From Verrucomicrobiota bacterium (GTDB lineage: Bacteria > Verrucomicrobiota > Verrucomicrobiia > Chthoniobacterales > UBA6821): a stretch of DNA of 10,339 bases. Positions 1 through 5,806 of this stretch are shown here, piece after piece. The stretch covers positions 1-10,339 of the forward strand of contig WBXG01000060.1 in the NCBI GenBank assembly GCA_008932965.1. Direction: 5' to 3'. Position numbers and translations under genes: made by a program. The notes below the pieces were generated by a model. That model did not search any database and was not told the DNA's origin. It worked only from the letters and a program-made list of their open reading frames with translations. Position 1 is the stretch's first letter. Every line of letters starts with the position of its first letter.

Positions 1-213
1 CTGACTTCCCGGCTTCCGTAGTAGATCAGTATAAAATATCTGGGCTAGCTCTTCATGAAGAGAGGCTGCATTAAGGAAGGCCTGATACTCATAGGAAGTG
101 ATGACCTCTTTTTGAGAGGGATCCCCTTGTGAGGCTTGGGATGCTTGTGAGAGGAGGTGCGGGCTACTGATCCAAAGAAGAGCAGTAGCACATAGGGGAA
201 ACGATATTTTCAT
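1..213 (-). CDS. Partial CDS (N-terminal 71 codons, continues past the left window edge): hypothetical secreted protein
   Basis: My hand translation of the minus strand from the ATG at 213-211 stays open to position 1. It reads MKISFPLCATALLWISSPHLLSQASQASQGDPSQKEVITSYEYQAFLNAASLHEELAQIFYTDLLRKPGSQ. The hydrophobic N-terminus looks like a signal peptide. EVITSYEYQAFLNA weakly recalls the EVTNxxYxxFLNA motif of SUMF1/FGE-type domains, which is not enough to name the protein. The ORF is absent from the supplied track because it is truncated. Confidence 0.4.
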   Translation of the reverse strand, partial: MKISFPLCATALLWISSPHLLSQASQASQGDPSQKEVITSYEYQAFLNAASLHEELAQIFYTDLLRKPGSQ

Positions 214-306
214 GAGGGAGAATGAATGATAAGAAATATGCTTCTCAATGGAAGCACAATTTAAACAAAATATTTCCTACCCATCGTGATGAGGAGGCTG
301 GGAAGC

Positions 307-329
307 TAACCCGGATATTTCAATTGAAG
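307..329 (+). repeat. Solo or truncated left end of the MITE-like repeat family (taacccggatatttcaattgaag)
   Basis: The first 16 nt match the element end at 5505-5520 with one mismatch and the end at 10218-10233 with one mismatch. The match continues into ...ttgaag with a 1-nt gap. The site lies 25 nt beyond the bamA stop codon (354-356), and no matching opposite end is nearby. Confidence 0.5.
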
Positions 330-353
330 TAGCGCCCCGTATTGCACGCAAGA

Positions 354-2705
354 TTAAAACTGATAGCCTACGGTAAAATTAAACTGACCATTACTCTTGT
401 TGTATGATTGATATTTTACGGGATAACCCCAATCGATATTCACTGGACCAATGGGCAGTTCTAAACGAACACCAATACCTATGTCACCACAGGCATCCAC
501 GGTGGAGTAATCATAGGAACCAGCATTAACTAGTCCCCAGTCACTAAAGATAGCAGCACGTACTCGTGTAATAATAGGGATAGTTAATTCTCCAGTCATA
601 TAGGCAGAGGAGTTACCACCAATAGGATTATTATTTCCATCGACAGGACTCACTTGTCGGAAAAAGAAACCACGAAGGTTATTAGCACCACCAAGGTAGA
701 GCTCATCAAAAATCGGAGGTGTTCCAACACCTTTGGAACCACCGCTCCAGGAGTTTACAGCAGCTATTGAACCTTTGGTTAGAAAAATCATATCCCATGG
801 AAGTGAGAAATATTTTTTTCCCTCCAAGGTGATTCCGTAATCTTGAACATTACCTCCCAGACCTCCCCCAGCCCCAAAGAATGTGAAGTCGACTTGATGT
901 CCTTTGCGTGGAAGGAAGAGATTATCGCGCGTATCCCAGTTTAAGGAAGCCAGGATAGCACTCTTAAAATAGGGACTATTGTTGGCATCACTTTGAATCG
1001 GGCTATTAGCTGGAACCGAGTTGCTTTGAACATTAAAAATAGATATTTGTTCTGGGCGGTATTCCAAACTTCCTGCTAAGCACGGTACAATTTCTTTACG
1101 TACTTGAAGCGCTCCTCCCCAATTTGATTGATTGTAGACAGGACTTAAAAAGGAAGCCTCATGATAATATACTTCCCCACCAACGGAAACTTTATAACCC
1201 AAAAACCAGGGCTCCGTTAGTGATGCTGTAAAATCTTTACGCTGGATACCATATTGAACACGTGTCCTAAAACGCTCTCCTCCGCCAGTAAAATTCGGCC
1301 AATTCAAAAGATCAAAGTTGGATTGTTCTAATTCAGCAAACCCAATCAAGCTATCGATCGTATTAAAGCCAGCACCAAAATGGAGTGCTCCGGTTTTCTT
1401 TTCTTCAACAATCACTTTGAGATCTTTACGGCCTGGGATCAAGGTGTCTTCGGGGACACAATCGACCTTGGAAAAATAATTCAGATTCATCAATCGAGTT
1501 TTACTCAAATCAACAGCAGTGGTGTTGTAGATCCCTCCTGGTTGTATGACCATTTCACGACGAATGACCTTGTCTTTAGTACGTGTGTTTCCTTGAATCG
1601 TTACTAAATTGAGATAGGACTGCATTCCTTCCTCCAAATGATAAATGAGGTCAATTTGAGTTTCAGTAACCGGAGTGATTTGGGGTTGAATCACCATATC
1701 CACGTATCCTCGTGAACCATAAAATTCACGTATTTTTTTTAAATCGGCTCCCATCCCCTCGGGGGTATAGAGAGAACCAGATTTCATCTTCATCTCGTTC
1801 TCTAATATCGATGCAGGAGCGATATTCATTCCCTCTATCTTAAGCCGACGAACCCGATATTGAGGTCCCTCCTTAACAGTGATGGTTAAGGTGAGTCCGT
1901 TTTTTTCATTAGGGGTGCTTTGAACATCAGTAACTTTGGCATCAGCAAAACCACGATTTTGATAGAGTGTTCGAATCAATTCTTGATCCTCCTCGATGTC
2001 ATTTGGAAGAAGCCGGCCGTTCTTTGTTAAAAAGGAAAGAATATTGGCCGTTTTCGTTTTCATGACCTTCATGAGATCTTTGGGCTGTATTGAATAATTG
2101 CCCACGAATCGAATTTCCTTAACGATGAGTTTTGGCCCTTCGTTGATTCGAAAGATAACGCGCATGCGCTTACTTCCCATTTCAGAGGATGTGGCCTCCA
2201 CCTGAACATCGGTATAATTACGGTCTTCGTAGAGTTTTAAAATCTTTTGACGATCATCTGCGAGATGCTCTTCGCTAAAGGCATCTCCTGGTTTTGTAGA
2301 GATTTCTTTTCGAATTTTGGATGCAGGAATTGCCGAGGCTCCTTCAATGAGAACCTCTTCAATTTTGGGCCGACCTTGAAGAAGAACCGTTACCTTTAAT
2401 CCTCCCTCGATAGGTTCTGCAAAAATTCTTGCATTAGAAACCTCTCCCGTAGCGTAGAGTGCTTTGACATCTTCCTCTACCAAATGATCATTAAATGGCT
2501 GATCCACTTTTGTGGCCAAGTTATCTAAAACGCGTTCACGACTCATACTACTAAAGCCGACAAACTGAACATCAATCTCCTTAATAAGGGGAGCTGCAGG
2601 CGCTCCTGAAGGGACTTGGGAGCTTAGGGAGGTGGAGAATAGAAAAACAATACCCCAGGCAACGAGAGCGATTTTTTTAAATGAATTTGGGGAAATAAGG
2701 GTCAT
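354..2705 (-). CDS. bamA: Outer membrane protein assembly factor BamA (Omp85 family)
   Basis: The ORF is about 783 aa. Its N-terminal signal peptide is MTLISPNSFKKIALVAWGIVFLFSTSLSSQ. A long N-terminal region has repeated POTRA-like segments of roughly 80 aa. The C-terminus is a Gly/aromatic-rich beta-barrel ending in the typical OMP signature ...FNFTVGYQF. I prefer the ATG at 2705 to the track's TTG at 2759, because the extra 18 residues precede the signal peptide. Confidence 0.9.
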   Translation of the reverse strand: MTLISPNSFKKIALVAWGIVFLFSTSLSSQVPSGAPAAPLIKEIDVQFVGFSSMSRERVLDNLATKVDQPFNDHLVEEDVKALYATGEVSNARIFAEPIEGGLKVTVLLQGRPKIEEVLIEGASAIPASKIRKEISTKPGDAFSEEHLADDRQKILKLYEDRNYTDVQVEATSSEMGSKRMRVIFRINEGPKLIVKEIRFVGNYSIQPKDLMKVMKTKTANILSFLTKNGRLLPNDIEEDQELIRTLYQNRGFADAKVTDVQSTPNEKNGLTLTITVKEGPQYRVRRLKIEGMNIAPASILENEMKMKSGSLYTPEGMGADLKKIREFYGSRGYVDMVIQPQITPVTETQIDLIYHLEEGMQSYLNLVTIQGNTRTKDKVIRREMVIQPGGIYNTTAVDLSKTRLMNLNYFSKVDCVPEDTLIPGRKDLKVIVEEKKTGALHFGAGFNTIDSLIGFAELEQSNFDLLNWPNFTGGGERFRTRVQYGIQRKDFTASLTEPWFLGYKVSVGGEVYYHEASFLSPVYNQSNWGGALQVRKEIVPCLAGSLEYRPEQISIFNVQSNSVPANSPIQSDANNSPYFKSAILASLNWDTRDNLFLPRKGHQVDFTFFGAGGGLGGNVQDYGITLEGKKYFSLPWDMIFLTKGSIAAVNSWSGGSKGVGTPPIFDELYLGGANNLRGFFFRQVSPVDGNNNPIGGNSSAYMTGELTIPIITRVRAAIFSDWGLVNAGSYDYSTVDACGDIGIGVRLELPIGPVNIDWGYPVKYQSYNKSNGQFNFTVGYQF

Positions 2706-2823
2706 GCGGATTGTTTTATCAAAACGTTCATTGAAGAGTGAAACAGCTCTCAGGGTCAAGCTGGAATGAGCTTTTGAGAAAGAAATTCACAAGAATGGAA
2801 AAAGATCAAAGAATTTTATTCAT

Positions 2824-2944
2824 AAGAATGAAAGGAATGAAGAATTTTTGAACATCAAAGGTATGTGGTTATAGCGTTTGGGAGCAGCCTTCTTTTCAAA
2901 ATAAATTTTTTTTGTTTTTATCCTTTGTCATCCCTTTCATCCTT
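2824..2944 (-). repeat. 17-bp interrupted inverted repeat (2824-2840 / 2928-2944) in the HAD-bamA intergenic region
   Basis: aagaatgaaaggaatga pairs with tcatccctttcatcctt at 15 of 17 positions. The two mismatches are A:C on the plus strand, which become G:U wobbles in the minus-strand transcript (the sense strand for bamA). The arms are separated by 87 nt. The same region carries RGRATGA heptamers at 2763, 2792, 2825 and 2834 (+) and at 2928-2944 (-). Confidence 0.35.
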
Positions 2945-2949
2945 GTTAG

Positions 2950-3756
2950 TTAATTTCGTTCTTCTCTCAAGATCGGCAGTAATTCCGACAACTCCGTAAT
3001 TCTAAAATCAGGTTGAACGTCGCTCTTTTCTTTGGCGTCCCCAAGGTCGATCCAGACAGAACGAATTCCGGCCGCACGTGCTCCAGCAATATCGCGCTCA
3101 AGGCTGTTGCCAATCATGATGACCTCAGAAGCCGTGACTCCAAGTTGCTCTAGCATTTTTTCAAAAATGACTGGCTTCGGCTTTCCAATGCCATGCTCTC
3201 CAGAAATAATTACCACTGAAAAAAACTTCTCGAGACCAGAAGGCGCTAGTTTTTCCCGCTGTAAATCAGGTGCCCCATTCGTCAAGAGACCGAGATGATA
3301 CTGTTGCGAAAGCTCTTGCAGTAAGGGTGCCACATCAGGAAAGAGCCGCTGGCGAGCACGCCGCTCTTGCACAAAAAGAGCAGCGCATTCTTTTGATTTC
3401 TTTTCTAGTTCTTGAGAAGAAACTTTTTGATCTTCGAGTACTTCTTGAAAAACTTGCTCTCGATATTGAAGAGCCCATGCACGCAAGGCGTGTAACTTTT
3501 CGCTTTCTCCTAAAAAATTTCCCCAAAGGCATTCCATCGCACTGATCCCAATGGCATGACAAAAAGGATGACACGGTCCCTCTTGCCAATGTCGCTTGGC
3601 CACAACTCGCACGGTGGTAGCGAATGCCTCCTGCTTAAGCTGAGATGACGCGCCAACATGCGCTGCGACAGCTTTCAACGTCTCTTGAGAAACTTCCTCA
3701 TCAACGAGGAGCGTATCATCAAGATCAAAAATGAGAGCGCGAAGAGGAGTTTTCAT
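2950..3756 (-). CDS. HAD superfamily hydrolase (subfamily IA-like phosphatase)
   Basis: The 268-aa ORF has the four HAD motifs in order: FDLDDTLL (DxDxT nucleophile motif I), LLTNG (motif II), GKPKP (motif III lysine) and IGNSLERDI (motif IV acidic residues). A large helical cap insertion sits between motifs I and II. The substrate cannot be inferred. Confidence 0.85.
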   Translation of the reverse strand: MKTPLRALIFDLDDTLLVDEEVSQETLKAVAAHVGASSQLKQEAFATTVRVVAKRHWQEGPCHPFCHAIGISAMECLWGNFLGESEKLHALRAWALQYREQVFQEVLEDQKVSSQELEKKSKECAALFVQERRARQRLFPDVAPLLQELSQQYHLGLLTNGAPDLQREKLAPSGLEKFFSVVIISGEHGIGKPKPVIFEKMLEQLGVTASEVIMIGNSLERDIAGARAAGIRSVWIDLGDAKEKSDVQPDFRITELSELLPILREERN

Positions 3757-3830
3757 TAAAATATTCAGATTAGGACAGAAGAGTCAGCACTCATATCATT
3801 ATCGTAAAATAAAATCTAAGAATATTTATT

Positions 3831-3860
3831 TTGGAGAGGCCATTGATGAACGTGTAGAAT
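3831..3860 (+). promoter_or_regulatory. Candidate sigma70-type promoter for the beta-lactamase gene (TTGGAG-18 nt-TAGAAT)
   Basis: ttggag lies at 3831-3836 and tagaat at 3855-3860. The -10 hexamer ends 7 nt before the ATG at 3868, and no Shine-Dalgarno sequence lies between them. That geometry would give a leaderless or near-leaderless mRNA. This rests on a sequence pattern only. Confidence 0.3.
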
Positions 3861-3867
3861 AAGCGGC

Positions 3868-4773
3868 ATGATTTTTTCTGCATTAAAAAAATTGTTTCCA
3901 CTCGTTGCTGCTCTCTTTTTTCTGAGGAGCCTTTGCATACCTGCAATAGCTCAACAAAATCCATCGACGTCACTGCCACAAAAATTAGCAACCTTAGAAA
4001 CCGCTGCTCATGGGCGCATTGGCGTGTGTGCCATCGACACATCCAATAATAAATGCCTCCAATACCGAGCTCAAGAGCGCTTTCCATTTTGCAGCACCTT
4101 CAAAGTCATGGATGTGGCAGCCATTCTAAAGCAGAGCATGACTGACAATAATTTATTGCAGCAAAAAATTATTTATACGGAAAAAGAAGTAGAGGTATCG
4201 GGCTATGCACCCATTACTAAAAATTATCTCTCTACCGGAATGACTATCAGCGACCTCTGTGCAGCAGCTATTGCTTACAGCGATAACAATGCAGCAAATC
4301 TTCTCATGAAAAAACTGGGTGGACCTCAAGCAGTCACTGCTTTTACGCGTTCCATTGGTGATTTAACTTTCAGACTTGAGCGCTGGGAACCTGAGCTCAA
4401 TTCAGGAATCCCAGACGATTTGCGTGATACTTCGACTCCGGCTGCTATGGAAAATAGTTTGCAAAAACTAACGCTTGGCACTGCCTTAGGATTGCCACAA
4501 CAAAATCAACTCATCACGTGGATGAAGAAAAATACCACTGGCGATACTCGAATTCGAGCTGGTGTCCCCACAGGATGGATTGTTGCTGATAAAACAGGGT
4601 CGGGTGATTATGGAATTACCAATGACATTGGCATTATTTGGCCGCCAAATGCTGCACCTATTGTTGTTGTCATTTATTTTATCCAAGATCAAAAAGAAGC
4701 GCCTCGACGAGACGATGTTATTGCATCAGCTACAAAGATTCTTCTGGATGAGTTTGACGCGATGAGAAAATAG
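3868..4773 (+). CDS. bla: Class A (Ambler) serine beta-lactamase with signal peptide
   Basis: All class A signature motifs are present in order in the 301-aa ORF: CSTFK (S70-x-x-K73), YSDNN (S130-D-N), the omega loop RLERWEPELN...RDT (R164, E166, N170, D179) and DKTGSG (K234-T-G). The N-terminus MIFSALKKLFPLVAALFFLRSLCIPAIA-QQ looks like a Sec signal with an AxA cleavage site. Confidence 0.92.
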   Translation: MIFSALKKLFPLVAALFFLRSLCIPAIAQQNPSTSLPQKLATLETAAHGRIGVCAIDTSNNKCLQYRAQERFPFCSTFKVMDVAAILKQSMTDNNLLQQKIIYTEKEVEVSGYAPITKNYLSTGMTISDLCAAAIAYSDNNAANLLMKKLGGPQAVTAFTRSIGDLTFRLERWEPELNSGIPDDLRDTSTPAAMENSLQKLTLGTALGLPQQNQLITWMKKNTTGDTRIRAGVPTGWIVADKTGSGDYGITNDIGIIWPPNAAPIVVVIYFIQDQKEAPRRDDVIASATKILLDEFDAMRK

Positions 4774-4800
4774 CATCTCTTCGATATTGTCTCTTTGAAT

Positions 4801-5142
4801 TTATCTCGAAGCCAAATATTGCAATCGTTTCACGATAAAATTATTTAAGCTCTCTCCAGCTTGCTGCGCAGAAATAGCCAAGAAACGGTGCAGTTCTTCG
4901 CCTGTTCGCAGCATGAATTTGCCACTGTATTTTTCTTTTCTTGGATGAGGAAGCGGTTTCCCATCTTTGTTGTAAATATCAATCCATTCTTGGACGATCA
5001 TAATAAGTTGCTTCATCACTTCAGCCTCTGTCTTTCCATCACAGCAACGACCGATAAGTGGTGGCGCACTGCCGATAAAGCAGCGATCTTCATCACTCCA
5101 TTCGATGACTTTCAAATAATCTTTAGCAGTAATTTTTTTCAT
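4801..5142 (-). CDS. hicB: HicB family antitoxin (N-terminal HicB fold plus C-terminal ribbon-helix-helix DNA-binding domain)
   Basis: The 113-aa ORF has a 4-nt ATGA start/stop overlap with the upstream hicA-like gene (5139-5142). A GGAGG Shine-Dalgarno sequence (complement of 5150-5154) lies 7 nt before the ATG. The C-terminal GKFMLRTGEELHRFLAISAQQAGESLNNFIVKRL fits a strand-helix-helix RHH pattern. The N-terminal IEWSDEDRCFIGSAP...G.T..EA is typical of HicB. Confidence 0.85.
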   Translation of the reverse strand: MKKITAKDYLKVIEWSDEDRCFIGSAPPLIGRCCDGKTEAEVMKQLIMIVQEWIDIYNKDGKPLPHPRKEKYSGKFMLRTGEELHRFLAISAQQAGESLNNFIVKRLQYLASR

Positions 5143-5333
5143 TGTTTTGCCTCCATAATAGCCTCCCTGACATTTTTTTCTTTGTAATGCAGTGCATCGT
5201 CTCCTTCTTTACCTGAAATGGTGACAGTCGCACCGCAACGATGAATGAAGTTTCGATGACTTCCTTTTCCTCCTCGATCAACAAAACCAGCTCTTTTTAG
5301 ATCAGCAATCAGTTGACGAATCTTTCTTGGCAT
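5139..5333 (-). CDS. hicA: HicA family mRNA interferase toxin
   Basis: From the ATG at 5333 the ORF encodes 64 aa: MPRKIRQLIADLKRAGFVDRGGKGSHRNFIHRCGATVTISGKEGDDALHYKEKNVREAIMEAKQ. It has the HicA/YcfA hallmark (L...GF......GSH....H) and the usual toxin-first hicA-hicB order with translational coupling. The track's GTG start at 5426 adds 31 non-conserved-looking residues and overlaps the putative promoter. Confidence 0.85.
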   Translation of the reverse strand: MPRKIRQLIADLKRAGFVDRGGKGSHRNFIHRCGATVTISGKEGDDALHYKEKNVREAIMEAKQ

Positions 5334-5337
5334 GCAG

Positions 5338-5368
5338 TTTATGGTACCACTATGATACCATTTGTCAA
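5338..5368 (-). promoter_or_regulatory. Candidate hicAB promoter with an embedded palindromic operator
   Basis: On the minus strand, a perfect TTGACA (complement of 5363-5368) is followed by 19 nt and then CATAAA (complement of 5338-5343), which ends 4 nt before the hicA ATG. Between them lies the imperfect palindrome tggtaccactatgatacca (5342-5360; TGGTAnCA-N3-TGnTACCA). RHH antitoxins typically autoregulate through sites of this kind. Confidence 0.35.
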
Positions 5369-5504
5369 ATTTTAAGAAATTTTTTCTCTTACAGCAATTT
5401 CTCCCAAAAAGTGATTTCAGGAGCACTCACACAAAATTCATCCACACGTTTTAAAAGCTCTCGCACATGAGCAGAAGCCAGATGCCTTTGGAGGTCTTCT
5501 TTAC

Positions 5505-5687
5505 TAACCCGCATATTTCATACTGAAGTGTCATGAGCCGCCGTGCAAAGCTTATTAGTAGAAGGCGGGCGAAGGATTGGGATGTCGGGCTGTATGTCTC
5601 ATACTGCCCAAATCACAATTCGAGACCAACGCAGTAATGAGGAGCTTTCCACAAGCCTAATAGATTTAGTGTGAAATATCCGGGTTA
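5505..5687 (+). mobile_element. Complete 183-bp non-autonomous MITE-like element with 23-bp imperfect terminal inverted repeats
   Basis: The left end at 5505-5527 is taacccgcatatttcatactgaa. The right end at 5665-5687 reverse-complements to taacccggatatttcacactaaa, matching at 20 of 23 positions. Its first 123 nt (including the preceding base) recur at 10217-10339 with 113/123 identity and no gaps. It is intergenic and too short to encode a transposase. Confidence 0.6.
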
Positions 5688-5720
5688 ACGCTATTCGAGT
5701 CAGTCACCTTGGCAGTTACC

Positions 5721-5726
5721 TATAAT
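5721..5726 (+). promoter_or_regulatory. Candidate -10 box (perfect TATAAT) upstream of pdhA
   Basis: A perfect tataat lies 81 nt upstream of the pdhA ATG and 34 nt downstream of the MITE right end. I found no convincing -35 hexamer at 16-19 nt spacing, so this is weak. Confidence 0.25.
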
Positions 5727-5806
5727 TCCATTTGCCTCTGGCGCTGAGATGCGCGATACTCCTTCGCTTTCTTGAGAATCATATTCCTAAGAAAATTGAT
5801 GTACTC

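Noticed and set aside
239-256. Small hairpin tgcttc-tcaatg-gaagca followed on the minus strand by a U-rich run, a possible bamA terminator
   Set aside because: The stem is only 6 bp with 3 GC pairs, and it lies 25 nt upstream of the next same-strand ORF start. It is too weak to call and may simply be chance.
222-332. 36-codon plus-strand ORF (MNDKKYASQWKHNLNKIFPTHRDEEAGKLTRIFQLK) in the bamA-downstream spacer
   Set aside because: It is short and its GGGAG-like motif is only 1 nt from the ATG. It runs through the repeat end motif, and nothing supports it as coding.
1380-1607. 75-aa plus-strand ORF inside bamA
   Set aside because: It lies entirely antisense to a strongly supported 783-aa gene. 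It has no recognisable motifs and a low-complexity composition typical of shadow ORFs.
2706-2759. N-terminal extension of bamA from a TTG at 2759
   Set aside because: The 18 extra residues would precede the signal peptide. The ATG at 2705 places the hydrophobic core at the usual distance from the N-terminus. The extension remains possible, hence the note in the feature.
3032-3589. Three overlapping ORFs (3032-3298 +, 3270-3545 +, 3335-3589 -) within the HAD hydrolase gene
   Set aside because: These are alternative-frame or antisense ORFs with Arg/Ser-rich compositions typical of out-of-frame translation. The HAD frame carries all four catalytic motifs.
3791-4087. 98-aa minus-strand ORF overlapping the beta-lactamase start
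   Set aside because: It is antisense to the bla signal peptide and the region around the S70 motif. It has no motifs and spans the divergent promoter region.
4486-4765. ORFs 4486-4692 (-) and 4562-4765 (+) inside the beta-lactamase gene
   Set aside because: These are shadow ORFs in the wrong frame or strand of a gene with complete class A motifs.
4861-5187. 108-aa plus-strand ORF antisense to hicB/hicA
   Set aside because: It is antisense to a translationally coupled toxin-antitoxin pair and has a Phe/Ser-rich low-complexity translation.
5334-5426. N-terminal extension of hicA from a GTG at 5426 (the track's 95-aa version)
   Set aside because: The extension (MLLKSLFGRNCCKRKNFLKFDKWYHSGTINC) is not HicA-like and would cover the TTGACA/palindrome control region. 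The ATG at 5333 gives a canonical 64-aa HicA.
5634-5645. gtaatgaggagc inside the element resembling gtgatgaggaggc at 286-298 next to the solo end
   Set aside because: The two sites sit in different positions and orientations relative to the terminal motif, and the similarity is short and imperfect. This is likely chance.
5709-5726. TTGGCA followed by TATAAT, considered as a -35/-10 pair or a sigma54 (TGGCA-N-TTGC) site upstream of pdhA
   Set aside because: The spacing between the hexamers is only 6 nt, incompatible with sigma70. No TTGC element follows at the sigma54 -12 position.
5732-5806. N-terminal extension of pdhA from a TTG at 5732
   Set aside because: It would start 6 nt after the TATAAT box. 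The 25 extra residues do not look like E1 alpha, and the in-frame ATG at 5807 gives a normal-length protein.
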